A stretch of DNA of 64,000 nt from Candidatus Aenigmatarchaeota archaeon (GCA_018304545.1 JAGVVZ010000002.1:16999-80998); one strand, 5' to 3'; counted from the stretch's first letter, positions 48,174-57,816 are shown. Program-made: numbers and translations. The notes: generated by a model not told the origin, from the sequence alone.

Positions 48174-49601
48174 ATGTCAAATAACACACATATTAAAATA
48201 TTAAGAACTGTTCTAAAAAAAATTAAACCGAAAATTAACCAAGAAAAAAAAATAAAGACGCTAAGTGAAAAAATATTAAACATAGCAAACGAAGAAGCAA
48301 AAAAATATGATTCCAAGGCTATAATTGCTGGTTCTTTGCCTAGAAATACTTGGCTTGTTGAAAAAAACGAATTTGATATATTTATTATTTTTCCTAAAAA
48401 TACAGACACGATAAAATTAGAAAGAATAGGATTACAAACAGGGAAGAAAATTATTCAAAAAGCTAATGGGAAATGGAAGATTAGTTATGCCCAACATCCA
48501 TATATAATTGGAGAATTTAATGGCGTAGAAGTTGATATAGTCCCTTGTTGCGAAATAAAAATCGGCGAAAAAATAATTTCTGCTGTGGACAGAACACCTT
48601 TGCACGTAGAATACTTAAATAAAAACTTACCCAAAAATCTGAATGAAGATGTAAGACTATTAAAGCAATTTTTAAAGGCCAATGATATATATGGAGCAGA
48701 CGCAAAAACACAGGGGTTTTCTGGCTATTTATGCGAATTATTAATAATTATACATGGATCTTTTCTAAATTTATTAAAATCGATAATAAAGTGGACGCCA
48801 AAACAAATACTCGACAAAGAGAATTACTGGGATAAAAATGAGTTCAAAGCCTTGAAAAGAAGATTTAAAGAGGATATTTTAATAGTAATAGACCCTGTCG
48901 ATAAAGAAAGAAATGTTGCATCACCAGTATCTGCAAAAACGTTTTATAAATTAAAAAAAATCTCAAAGGAATTCATAAACAAACCGGATGAAAAATATTT
49001 TTTTAAGATGGAATTAAAACCATTAAGAAAAACGGATTTTAAGAAATATTTGAAATCAAGAAAAACGGATTTTTTATGTATAATTTTCAAAACACCTATA
49101 GTTGTGCCTGATATTTTATGGCCGCAATTGAGAAAAACTCAAAAAAGAATTGAGAATATATTAAAGGAAAGTGAATTTTTCATTCTTAGGAGCGAATGTT
49201 GGAGTGATGAAGTAAAAACTTCTGTGATTTTAATTGAAATGCAGGTAAGTAGATTACCTGTTGTAGACAAAAAAATCGGTCCCTGGGTTTTTGACGAAAA
49301 GAATACAAAAAGCTTTATTAATAAACATGAAACGTTAGCTATCACTGGACCTTTCATAGAGGATAACACATGGGTCGTAGAAGTTAATAGAAAATTTGTG
49401 ACAGCAAAGGATAAATTAATTGATTTTTTGAAACAAAAAAAATCTATTTTAGAATCAAATGGTATCCCAAACTTTATAGCAGAGAGTATTAGTAGAGAAT
49501 TTGGGATTTTAGAAAATGAACAAATCAATAAATTAATTAGAAAGAGAAATTTTGGAATATTTTTGAGAAATTATTTCGAAAAAGAGAAATTATTCGTATG
49601 A
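48174..49601 (+). CDS. cca: Archaeal class I CCA-adding tRNA nucleotidyltransferase
   Basis: ..AIIAGSLPRNTWLVEKNEFDIFIIF.. nucleotidyltransferase motif; ~450-aa archaeal CCA architecture. Confidence 0.75.
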   Translation: MSNNTHIKILRTVLKKIKPKINQEKKIKTLSEKILNIANEEAKKYDSKAIIAGSLPRNTWLVEKNEFDIFIIFPKNTDTIKLERIGLQTGKKIIQKANGKWKISYAQHPYIIGEFNGVEVDIVPCCEIKIGEKIISAVDRTPLHVEYLNKNLPKNLNEDVRLLKQFLKANDIYGADAKTQGFSGYLCELLIIIHGSFLNLLKSIIKWTPKQILDKENYWDKNEFKALKRRFKEDILIVIDPVDKERNVASPVSAKTFYKLKKISKEFINKPDEKYFFKMELKPLRKTDFKKYLKSRKTDFLCIIFKTPIVVPDILWPQLRKTQKRIENILKESEFFILRSECWSDEVKTSVILIEMQVSRLPVVDKKIGPWVFDEKNTKSFINKHETLAITGPFIEDNTWVVEVNRKFVTAKDKLIDFLKQKKSILESNGIPNFIAESISREFGILENEQINKLIRKRNFGIFLRNYFEKEKLFV

Positions 49602-50360
49602 GTGATTACCGTAATATTCTGCACTAGCAATTTTTTGATTTTCATTTAGTTGGTCTATAGCTGGATTAAGTGCACTCTCTAGTTCTGGATAATTTTTGAT
49701 TAAATTATAAATTACAACTTGATGTTTCGGATATTCTTCAATTATATCTTGCGAAATTCTCGAAATATTAATGTTTCTGTCTTTAGCTCTTTTCATTAAT
49801 TCGTTAGTGATTATCATCTCTCTCCTGTAATCTCCAATCAAATTTAATGTTTCTAATGTTCTCCCTTGGTTAATCATTATTTTAGTTTCTTGTAATCTTT
49901 TGCTGGTTAATGAAAAATGTATTTCAACTTTTTCTATATCTCCACGAACAAAAAATATTTCTATATTCTCTCTAGTTCTTTTTAGAGAATAGAAAGGATT
50001 CCCTGGATTCAAATCTAAAGATGAAACATAAAAACTACTCATAATTAAGAATAATATCGTAGTAAAAACGAACACTAATTTATAAGACTCGGGATGTAGA
50101 ATTTTTCTACCATCTTTACTAAGTTTATAATAAATCCATTTTCTGCCCGGTCTTTCTATTTTTTCTATTAATTTAGTAGTAGATAAAACTCCTAAATGTT
50201 CATGAACGGTCGTGACATGTTTATTCAAATATCTAGATAACTCTGAAGCTGTCATCTGTCTTTTATCCAAAGCTTTCAATATATCAGATCTCGTATCTGC
50301 GCTAATGGTTTTTATTAAATCTCTGGAAAGTCTAAATTCATCATTTTCCATGTTAAACAA
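49590..50360 (-). CDS. ArsR-type HTH regulator fused to a TM helix and C-terminal domain
   Basis: N-terminal wHTH ..TRSDILKALDKRQMTASELSRYLNKHVTTVHEHLGVL.., a central hydrophobic helix, ~120-aa C-terminal domain. Confidence 0.45.
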   Translation of the reverse strand: MFNMENDEFRLSRDLIKTISADTRSDILKALDKRQMTASELSRYLNKHVTTVHEHLGVLSTTKLIEKIERPGRKWIYYKLSKDGRKILHPESYKLVFVFTTILFLIMSSFYVSSLDLNPGNPFYSLKRTRENIEIFFVRGDIEKVEIHFSLTSKRLQETKIMINQGRTLETLNLIGDYRREMIITNELMKRAKDRNINISRISQDIIEEYPKHQVVIYNLIKNYPELESALNPAIDQLNENQKIASAEYYGNHSYE

Positions 50361-50682
50361 TAAAAAACCAAGAGATTTAAATATGACAAAGATTTAGGGT
50401 GAAATCCAAAAAAATTCTAATCACTTAAAAACGTTCGATTATATTAATTTCTTAGATAAAAAATATGGACAATAATTATGCAAACTTTCAGCAATCAAGT
50501 ATTTCAAGAATTTGGGAGGTTCTTTAATGATTTTTGAGCCAATATATGATCAAATCTCTCCCCAGACATATTGGAATGTTGAAAAAATCCGAAATGTAAG
50601 GAGCATTGAAAATCAAACTAGTATAGATATAATAGCAAAACATGCCAAATCCATAAAAGTTTAGTTGAAATAGCACCTCCAA

Positions 50683-52386
50683 TTGTGTTTTTATTTTTCT
50701 TTTTTTATATTTTCTAGCATGAAAGATGTTATATTAAAACATTGTTTATTGAACGCCGTTCAACATGAAGGTAAAGCAAACTTTCAAGCTGTATTAAGTA
50801 AAATATTAGGAGAAAGCCCAAAATTAAAATCAGATATAAAGATGCTTGCGATTGAAATTCAAAAAGTTTTAGACGAGATAAATTCTTGGAGTTTAGAAAA
50901 ACAAAAAAACGAGGTAGAAAAATTAAATATAATTATAGAAAACAAACCACATCATAAAGAAGAAAGAGTGCTACCAGATTTATCGAACGTGGAAAAAAAT
51001 ATCATAATGAGGATGGCTCCTTTCCCATCAGGCCCACTACATATAGGAAATGCAAGAATGGCTATATTGAATGACGAATATGTAAAAAAATACCATGGGA
51101 AATTATTCTTAGTTATAGATGATACCATAGGATCAGAAGAAAAAATACCGATCTCTGAAGCATATGGTATGATAAAAAATGGCTTAAAATGGCTCGGGAT
51201 TAAATGGAATAAGGTATTTTACAAATCAGACAGATTAGAAATATTTTACAAATACGCAAAAAAAATGCTAGAAATAAATGTTGCTTATGTTTGCGAATGT
51301 CCTACAGATAAATTAAGAAAAAATAGAAGAGATGGAACAGAATGTTATTGTAGGTCCAATGACGCAAAAACAAATATAGAAAAATGGGAGATGATGCTAA
51401 AGGGAGGATATAAAGAAGGAGAAGCCATAGTCAGATTAAAAACCGATATGAACCACGAAAATCCTGCATTCAGAGATAGAGTATTATTGAGGATATCGAA
51501 CAGAGAACATCCTCGTGTTGGAAACAAATACAAAGTGTGGCCTATGTTGGAATTTTCTTGGGCGATAGATGATCATTTTCTCGGTATCACTCATATTATA
51601 CGAGGTAAAGATTTGATTATTGAAGATATGATGGAAATTTTTATTTGGAACCTAATGGGATGGGAAATGCCAGAATTATTACATTATGGCCTTCTTTCAC
51701 TGGAAGGAGCTAAACTGAGTAAATCTAAGTCGCAAAAATCAATTTCTGAAGGGCAGTTCAGTGGGTGGGAAGATCCAAGAACATGGAGTTTACAGTCTCT
51801 AAGAAAAAGAGGTATTAAACCAGAGGCTATTAGAAATTTCATATTAAATTTTGGTATGAGCATGAATGATATAACTGCACCAGATAATGCTTTATATAAT
51901 GAAAATAGAAAACTGATTGAATCTGAAGCTAACAGGTATTTCTTTGTACAAGATCCTATTCAAATAAAAATTAAAAACTCGCCTAAAATTAAAATAGCTG
52001 AAGAATCGTTTCATCCGGATTTCCCTGAAAGAGGAAAAAGGAAAATACACGTGAATTTAAATAAAATTTTTGTTTCCAAAAATGATTTTGAAAAATTAAA
52101 AACCACGCAAGTAAGATTGATTGGATTATTCAATGTATTATTAGATAAAAACTCCAATTTTACTGGAAACGAAATAGAACAAGATATACCGAAAATTCAA
52201 TGGGTATCGGACAAAAATATAAACGTAAAAGTAACCATGGTGGACGGAAGTATTATCAATGGTGTAGGAGAACTAGATATGAAAAGATTAAAAGTGGGTG
52301 AGATTGTTCAATTAACTAGAATGTTCTATGCAAGAGTTGATAAAAAAAATAAAAACTATATGCAACTTTTTTATACGCATAAATAA
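50683..52386 (+). CDS. gltX: Glutamyl-tRNA synthetase (archaeal Glu/Gln-type class I)
   Basis: HIGH motif ..PSGPLHIGNAR.. and KMSKS variant ..LSKSKSQ..; 567 aa (true start likely the Met at MKDVILKH). Confidence 0.85.
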   Translation: MCFYFSFFIFSSMKDVILKHCLLNAVQHEGKANFQAVLSKILGESPKLKSDIKMLAIEIQKVLDEINSWSLEKQKNEVEKLNIIIENKPHHKEERVLPDLSNVEKNIIMRMAPFPSGPLHIGNARMAILNDEYVKKYHGKLFLVIDDTIGSEEKIPISEAYGMIKNGLKWLGIKWNKVFYKSDRLEIFYKYAKKMLEINVAYVCECPTDKLRKNRRDGTECYCRSNDAKTNIEKWEMMLKGGYKEGEAIVRLKTDMNHENPAFRDRVLLRISNREHPRVGNKYKVWPMLEFSWAIDDHFLGITHIIRGKDLIIEDMMEIFIWNLMGWEMPELLHYGLLSLEGAKLSKSKSQKSISEGQFSGWEDPRTWSLQSLRKRGIKPEAIRNFILNFGMSMNDITAPDNALYNENRKLIESEANRYFFVQDPIQIKIKNSPKIKIAEESFHPDFPERGKRKIHVNLNKIFVSKNDFEKLKTTQVRLIGLFNVLLDKNSNFTGNEIEQDIPKIQWVSDKNINVKVTMVDGSIINGVGELDMKRLKVGEIVQLTRMFYARVDKKNKNYMQLFYTHK

Positions 52387-53946
52387 TTAGCGTGAACCGA
52401 ATTTTTGATAAAAAATTTCCCACTGTCTATAAGCAGAAGATAAATCCCTATCCATTTGTTGGTTCATCTGCCGAATTGCTTGTTCTCTGGTCGTAAACTC
52501 CCCTCTAGCAAAATCTTCCATTGCTTGTTGGAAACCTAACTCAACAGCTGATTGTCTACCTTCATGTTTAGCTACTAGATAATCTACGGCAGCATCAAAA
52601 TAAAATGGGTCCACATACACATTCGTACCTGGAACTAAAGCGCCTTTTTTAGGATCTATCTCACCACCTGCGTTATAATAAACTGTCTCACCTGTATAAG
52701 TCAATACAACAGCAAGAGCTTCTTTTACTTCAGGTGATACGTCAGCTGAGCTATATCCAGAAAGTTCAACACTTCTTTCCACAATAAGTGTTGCTAAAGG
52801 GTGAGCTTGTTTGGCAAACATCACTGGCAGGGGCATTAATTCGTATGTATCATTATCATAAACCCAAACGTCATTTCTGTATGCTGCGCTTTGCACCGCA
52901 TAGGATAAAACATCGGAATTGTGTATATCCAATTCCTGTTCTATAATACCAATACTTTCATCTAATGGTCGATCAGGTGTTTGCAATATCTGATCAACTC
53001 TACTCTGTTGTGAATAAATTCTGTCAACATAGTTTATAGCTTCATCAACTATGTCTTGACCCAGCTTTGCTCTAAATATACCCAATACTCTATCCACATC
53101 TCTGGGATCAAATGGGCCATATCTTATATCTTTCAATACGGAAAATACGTAAGCAAATTTTACGTCTCTCGGAACTTCCTTGTACATGAAAGCGCCTGGA
53201 CCCAAAATTTCAAAATTTTCAAATGTTACGTCTTGTATGCAAATTGGGTTATCAAGTATCTCATCACATCTATTATCAGTGTTTTGAATTACTATATTTG
53301 TTCTACCATCGTAATCTAAATCAATCAGAAATAGTACACCATAAAATGTTTTGGCGAATAAAAGATCTCTGGGTTCATCGCTATCGCCTTTGTATATTTG
53401 GACAAAAGCACTATGTGGTGTTATATTTTGACCTGATTCGTCCTGTCCCTTTACAACTAGTTCATATTTCCTATCACCTTCTAAATCAACCACTTCAATC
53501 ACAGAATATTTTTCAGGTAAACTTATCGATCTACTAGGTTTTTGTGGATATGTCTCCCCCCAAATACTATTCGAACCGAGATATACATGGACATTGGAAT
53601 CACCAACCCCAACTTCAGCCCATCCTAACAATTCGTAATATTGTTCATAGGCAGTTCTTGTAGAAACGATCATGTCCTGAAGACCATCACCGTTTATATC
53701 TGCGATAGCGCCTTTAACCACTAAAATCCTCTGATGCGGCACGCCTGTTTCAAATTCAGGATCCTCAAGTTCTGATAATTGTGGGTACAGGGATAATAGA
53801 GTGCTTCTGTCTTCAATATAAATAGGTGGTTTTGGTGCATAATTTTGATAATATTCGGGTGATGGATTTGACCCACTGGCAGAAAACAATAATAATAGTG
53901 TTGCTATTAGGTTTTTTAGGCCTTTAAACATAACGTGTTCTAACAA
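52387..53946 (-). CDS. Secreted FG-GAP/beta-propeller repeat protein, hypothetical
   Basis: N-terminal signal peptide; repeated ..D(I/L)(N/D/E)GDG..D(L/I)(V/I).. calcium-binding FG-GAP-like motifs (DINGDGLQDMIV, DLEGDRKYELVV, DLDYDGRTNIVI). The coding sequence looks noticeably more GC-rich than its neighbours. Confidence 0.45.
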   Translation of the reverse strand: MLEHVMFKGLKNLIATLLLLFSASGSNPSPEYYQNYAPKPPIYIEDRSTLLSLYPQLSELEDPEFETGVPHQRILVVKGAIADINGDGLQDMIVSTRTAYEQYYELLGWAEVGVGDSNVHVYLGSNSIWGETYPQKPSRSISLPEKYSVIEVVDLEGDRKYELVVKGQDESGQNITPHSAFVQIYKGDSDEPRDLLFAKTFYGVLFLIDLDYDGRTNIVIQNTDNRCDEILDNPICIQDVTFENFEILGPGAFMYKEVPRDVKFAYVFSVLKDIRYGPFDPRDVDRVLGIFRAKLGQDIVDEAINYVDRIYSQQSRVDQILQTPDRPLDESIGIIEQELDIHNSDVLSYAVQSAAYRNDVWVYDNDTYELMPLPVMFAKQAHPLATLIVERSVELSGYSSADVSPEVKEALAVVLTYTGETVYYNAGGEIDPKKGALVPGTNVYVDPFYFDAAVDYLVAKHEGRQSAVELGFQQAMEDFARGEFTTREQAIRQMNQQMDRDLSSAYRQWEIFYQKFGSR

Positions 53947-54061
53947 AAATATAGTCTTCTATAAAGATTAAATTAACGAAAAAGCTAAGTTTTATAAATT
54001 TTCAATAGCTATGTTGATTAGCAAATATGTAGGAAATTGATCCAATTGGAGGTGAAATTGA

Positions 54062-54421
54062 ATGACTAAATTTAATGTACCTAAAGAAATATCAGATAAA
54101 GCCATACAAGCTTTAGAAATCGCCAGAAATACTGGCAAAATTAGAAAGGGAACAAACGAAACTACTAAAACAGTAGAAAAAGGTGCAGCTAAACTAGTTT
54201 TATTGGCTGAAGACGTACAACCACAGGAAATAGTAATGCATATACCTGTTTTATGCGATGAGAAAAGGTCTGCTTATGTTTTTGTTCATTCCAAAGAGGA
54301 ACTCGGAAGGGCCACAGGAATTGGCGTTCCGACAGCAGCCGCATGTATAGTTGAACCAGGAGAAGCAAAGGATCTCGTAAATGAAGTAATAGAAAAAGTA
54401 AGAGTTTTAAGAAAGAGTTGA
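54062..54421 (+). CDS. rpl7ae: 50S ribosomal protein L7Ae (K-turn binding)
   Basis: 119 aa, ..GTNETTKTVEKGAAKLVLLAEDVQPQEIVMHIPVLCDEKRSAYVFV.. L7Ae signature. Confidence 0.9.
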   Translation: MTKFNVPKEISDKAIQALEIARNTGKIRKGTNETTKTVEKGAAKLVLLAEDVQPQEIVMHIPVLCDEKRSAYVFVHSKEELGRATGIGVPTAAACIVEPGEAKDLVNEVIEKVRVLRKS

Positions 54422-54425
54422 TTGA

Positions 54426-54638
54426 ATGGCCGAAAACGAAGCTGTACCAGCAGAAGTGTTAGAATTACTTGGAAGAACAGGTGTAAGGGGTGTAATGCAG
54501 GTCAGGTGCAGGGTACTTGACGGTAGAGATAGAGGTAAAATACTAACGAGAAACGTTTTTGGACCTATCAGAGTTAAAGATATACTAATGCTTAGAGAAA
54601 CAGAAATGGAAAACGCTGGCAGAATGGAGAGGAAATAA
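54426..54638 (+). CDS. rps28e: 30S ribosomal protein S28e
   Basis: 70 aa, ..[34 protein letters not shown].. S28e signature. Confidence 0.9.
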   Translation: MAENEAVPAEVLELLGRTGVRGVMQVRCRVLDGRDRGKILTRNVFGPIRVKDILMLRETEMENAGRMERK

Positions 54639-54812
54639 ATGAGTAAATGCTCTTTTTGCGGGGAAAAATTAATCCTAGGAAAGGGTAAAATGCATGTTTT
54701 AAAATCAAATATTATTAAGTATTTCTGCGGTAGTAAATGTGAAAAAAATTGGCACATGGGCAGAGATCCTAAAAAAATTAAATGGACTAAAACTTTCAGA
54801 GAAGATAAATAA
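54639..54812 (+). CDS. rpl24e: 50S ribosomal protein L24e
   Basis: MSKCSFCGEKLILGKGKMHVLKSNIIKYFCGSKCEKNWHMGRDPKKIKWTKTFREDK. C4 zinc ribbon, start overlaps the S28e stop (TAAATG). Not in the supplied ORF track (57 aa). Confidence 0.8.
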   Translation: MSKCSFCGEKLILGKGKMHVLKSNIIKYFCGSKCEKNWHMGRDPKKIKWTKTFREDK

Positions 54813-54872
54813 AGTGTTATAATTATTTTGTTTAAAAAATAAGAATTTCGTATATTTATATTATTATAACAC

Positions 54873-54955
54873 GGGCTAGTAGATCAACGGTAGATCGCTT
54901 CCTCGGCATTATAACGAATTGGAAGAGGCTTGGGGTTCAAATCCCCACTGGTCCA
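54873..54955 (+). tRNA. tRNA, probably Ala (G3:U70, A73; candidate anticodon GGC) with an ~11-nt insertion in the anticodon arm; encoded CCA follows (54956-54958)
   Basis: GGGCTAG-TA-GATC-AACGGTA-GATC-G-CTTCC-[tcggcattataacgaatt]-GGAAG-AGGCT-TGGGG-TTCAAAT-CCCCA-CTGGTCC-A-CCA. No splice position yields the usual U33, so isotype and intron placement are uncertain. Confidence 0.55.
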
Positions 54956-55033
54956 CCAAACATTTAAATTATCTGCTATTTGTCTCTAAAAATAATGTAA
55001 ATTAAAAAAATGACATCTATAATGTTTTTATTT

Positions 55034-55282
55034 CTACATACATCCATGCGCCGAGCAGTTACAATAGGATAGGCGTTTTACGAATTTTCCTACCACAAGT
55101 AATAATAGCCCGAAGAAATACAACGGTAATACAGATGTGTATCTAGACCAACCACCGCTGAATTGCACTCCTACACCGCCTAAAACAAGAAATAAACCCA
55201 ACGACATCAATAATAAAGCTATTAATAGATGCAAAAAACTGCACGTGCATTTTCCTTTTTTATCTTCAGATTTTTTTAACAT
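55034..55282 (-). CDS. Small two-TM membrane protein with Cys-rich C-terminus, hypothetical
   Basis: 82-aa ORF; weak. Confidence 0.2.
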   Translation of the reverse strand: MLKKSEDKKGKCTCSFLHLLIALLLMSLGLFLVLGGVGVQFSGGWSRYTSVLPLYFFGLLLLVVGKFVKRLSYCNCSAHGCM

Positions 55283-55385
55283 ATAGATATATTAGTTTAA
55301 TATAAGATAAAATTATTCTCGAAACGGCTAAATTATAAAATCTAAATCTTTAAAAACATTAGGCTCAAATTAAATGTGAGATTAA

Positions 55386-55874
55386 ATGGCTAAACAGGAA
55401 CAAAAACAAGAAAATTTAAGAGGTATAGTCAGAATAGCGGGCACTGATATAAAGGGTGAAAAAAAATTATTTGTATCTTTGCAAAAAATAAAGGGCGTCA
55501 GTTCATTCATAGCTAATTTCGTATGTAGAATACATAATTTTGATAGAAGCAAAAAGATTGGATCTCTAACTATCGAAGAAACGAAACTAATAGAAGAAAC
55601 TATAAATAATCCTATTAAATATGGGTTGCCCGTGTGGGCTGTCAACAGAAAATCTGATCCCGAAACAGGTGTCAATCATCATCTTATTGGATCTAATCTA
55701 GTATTCACACATAAACAAGATCTTAGAAAAATGATGGATTTAAGAAATTACAAGGGTGTTAGGCATGGTCTTGGCCTACCGGTAAGAGGACAAAGAACTA
55801 GAAGTTCATTCAGAAAAGGTAAAAGTGTCGGCGTAGTAAGAAAAAAACAGATGCCTGCTAAAACTAAAAAGTGA
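55386..55874 (+). CDS. rps13: 30S ribosomal protein S13
   Basis: ..RIAGTDIKGEKKLFVSLQKIKGV.. and C-terminal ..GLPVRGQRTRSSFRKG.. S13 signatures. Confidence 0.9.
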   Translation: MAKQEQKQENLRGIVRIAGTDIKGEKKLFVSLQKIKGVSSFIANFVCRIHNFDRSKKIGSLTIEETKLIEETINNPIKYGLPVWAVNRKSDPETGVNHHLIGSNLVFTHKQDLRKMMDLRNYKGVRHGLGLPVRGQRTRSSFRKGKSVGVVRKKQMPAKTKK

Positions 55875-55878
55875 TTAA

Positions 55879-56367
55879 ATGAGAAAATTAAAAAATCAGT
55901 TAAGAAAACCGAGAAGACCTTGGGATAAAGAGAGAATAGAACAGGAAAAAAAGATATTAAAATCTTATGGACTTCGAAGAAAAAAGGAAATTTGGAAAAC
56001 AGAATCCATTTTAAGAGCATTTAGAAGAAGAGCAAGAAATCTGGCGGCCAAAAAAAATGAAATGGAGGAAAAAAAATTGCTAGATAGATTACAAAAATTG
56101 GGTGTTTTCGAAAAAAGAGCTACACTCACTGACGTTCTTGGTTTAACGGCAGAAAATTTACTAGAAAGAAGATTGCAAACGATTGTGTTTAGAAAGGGTT
56201 TTGCTAATACATTAAAACACTCCAGACAACTGATAACACATGGCCATATTCTTATAAATGATAAGAAAATTATTTATCCTGGGTTTTTAGTTTCTAAAGA
56301 ATTGGAAAGTAACATCTCAACAAAAATAACTATTCAAAAAGGAAAAGAGGCATTAGAGAGTGGCTGA
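55879..56367 (+). CDS. rps4: 30S ribosomal protein S4
   Basis: ..[31 protein letters not shown].. S4 N-terminus and S4 RNA-binding domain. Confidence 0.9.
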   Translation: MRKLKNQLRKPRRPWDKERIEQEKKILKSYGLRRKKEIWKTESILRAFRRRARNLAAKKNEMEEKKLLDRLQKLGVFEKRATLTDVLGLTAENLLERRLQTIVFRKGFANTLKHSRQLITHGHILINDKKIIYPGFLVSKELESNISTKITIQKGKEALESG

Positions 56368-56809
56368 AAAAAAACAACCCGTAAAGAAAGAGAGAGCAAA
56401 AAAATTTGAGATAAAAACTATCAAAGAAGGTGCTTGGGGAGTCGCTAATATTTATTCAACCGTAAATAATACTATCATTCATATCACAGACATCACCGGA
56501 TCAGAAACAGTATCAAAATGTACAGGTGGTATGATAACTAACAAAGATAGAGATCAGGGTGGTCCGTTTCCAGCAATGCAAGCAGCAACTAGAGCTGCGC
56601 AAGAAGCGATTGAAAAGGGTATAATAGGAGTTAATATCAGGGTACGAGGAAAAGGCGGACATCATAAAAAGGCACCAGGTGCAGGAGCTCAACCATCAAT
56701 TAGGGCACTCGCAAGAAGTGGATTAAGAATTGGACTAATTGAAGACGTAACACCAATACCAAGTGATGTTACAAAAAGACCTGGTGGTAGAAGAGGTAGA
56801 AGAGTTTAA
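56360..56809 (+). CDS. rps11: 30S ribosomal protein S11
   Basis: ..[32 protein letters not shown].. S11 signature. Confidence 0.9.
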   Translation: MAEKKQPVKKERAKKFEIKTIKEGAWGVANIYSTVNNTIIHITDITGSETVSKCTGGMITNKDRDQGGPFPAMQAATRAAQEAIEKGIIGVNIRVRGKGGHHKKAPGAGAQPSIRALARSGLRIGLIEDVTPIPSDVTKRPGGRRGRRV

Positions 56810-56839
56810 TTAAACCAAAAAGGTACTTAATAAGGTGAT

Positions 56840-57460
56840 ATGTTGAAAGTAAAAATATTTGAAAAAAACGATGAAAAAATGAAATTTATGGTTTCAGACT
56901 TATCCTTGGGTATGGCTGGCGAATTAAGAAGAATAATGACATCTGAAATTTCAACTATGGCAATAGAATGGGTCAATTTCATAAAAAATGATTCTCTACT
57001 CTGGGACGAAATTGTTGCTCATAGACTTGGGTTAATACCATTAACTTTCGATGTACAATTTTATTCATTGAAAAAGGAGTGTAAATGCAAAGACAAAGGT
57101 TGCGCACATTGTGAGGTTACTTTAGTTCTGAAAAAAAAAGGGCCTTGTATTGTTTATTCCGGGGATTTAAAATCAACTGATAAAAAGGTTAGACCTGTTT
57201 ATGATAAGATACCTATTGTAGAATTAAATGAAGAACAAGAAATAGAATTAGAAGCAACTGCACAACTAGGCACAGGAAGAGAGCATGCAAAATGGCAGGC
57301 GTCCGTAGTCGGATACAAAACAGATGAAAAGAAAAAAGATTTCACATTCAACTTGGAAACGGCAAGTGGATTAAAACCAGAAGAAATTTTAACTAAATCT
57401 ATAGAAACTCTAGAAAACAAATTAAATGAACTATCAAAAAGATTATCAGATTCGAAGTAA
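56840..57460 (+). CDS. rpoD: DNA-directed RNA polymerase subunit D
   Basis: 206 aa; conserved S13-S4-S11-rpoD order; ..MAGELRRIMTSEISTMAIEWVNFIKNDSLLWDEIVAHRLGLIPL.. Rpb3-like dimerisation domain; C-x-C-x4-C-x2-C insert. Confidence 0.85.
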   Translation: MLKVKIFEKNDEKMKFMVSDLSLGMAGELRRIMTSEISTMAIEWVNFIKNDSLLWDEIVAHRLGLIPLTFDVQFYSLKKECKCKDKGCAHCEVTLVLKKKGPCIVYSGDLKSTDKKVRPVYDKIPIVELNEEQEIELEATAQLGTGREHAKWQASVVGYKTDEKKKDFTFNLETASGLKPEEILTKSIETLENKLNELSKRLSDSK

Positions 57461-57494
57461 CATTTTAAAGTCTAATACTCTTATTATTTCTCAT

Positions 57495-57613
57495 GCGGGA
57501 GTTGCCAAGCCTGGTCAACGGCGCAGGACTGATTAACTCAGTGTGAGACTTAAGTTGACTATAGGATATCCTGTCCCTTAGTGGGTTCGCAGGTTCGAAT
57601 CCTGCCTCCCGCA
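57495..57613 (+). tRNA. Type II (long variable arm) tRNA, Leu-like D-arm, with a ~33-nt insertion in the anticodon arm; anticodon not resolved
   Basis: GCGGGAG-TT-GCC-AAGCCTGGTCAAC-GGC-G-CAGGA-[ctgattaact...ataggata]-TCCTG-TCCCTTAGTGGGTTC-GCAGG-TTCGAAT-CCTGC-CTCCCGC-A. Simple exon joins give GAT/GAA/GGA loops with U37, so splice sites are probably non-canonical. Confidence 0.55.
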
Positions 57614-57658
57614 TCAGACAACTATTTCTAATGAAACATTAGTTAATAAATATTGATT

Positions 57659-57757
57659 GCAGGGGTACCTGAGTTTGGTTAAAAGGGTAGGGTTCAGGAC
57701 AACGGTGGAAGGCCCTATGGTTTAGTACCTTCGAGAGTTCGAATCTCTCCTCCTGCA
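57659..57757 (+). tRNA. tRNA-Leu(CAG), type II, with a 13-nt intron at or next to position 37/38-38/39
   Basis: GCAGGGG-TA-CCT-GAGTTTGGTTAAA-AGG-G-TAGGG-TTCAGGA[caacggtggaagg]-CCCTA-TGGTTTAGTACCTTC-GAGAG-TTCGAAT-CTCTC-CTCCTGC-A. Mature loop TTCAGGA = U33, CAG, G37, A38. Confidence 0.65.
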
Positions 57758-57816
57758 CAACTAGTCCTATGGAGTAAAACCATAAGAAAACCTTAAAAAT
57801 ACTAATAGATAGTTAC

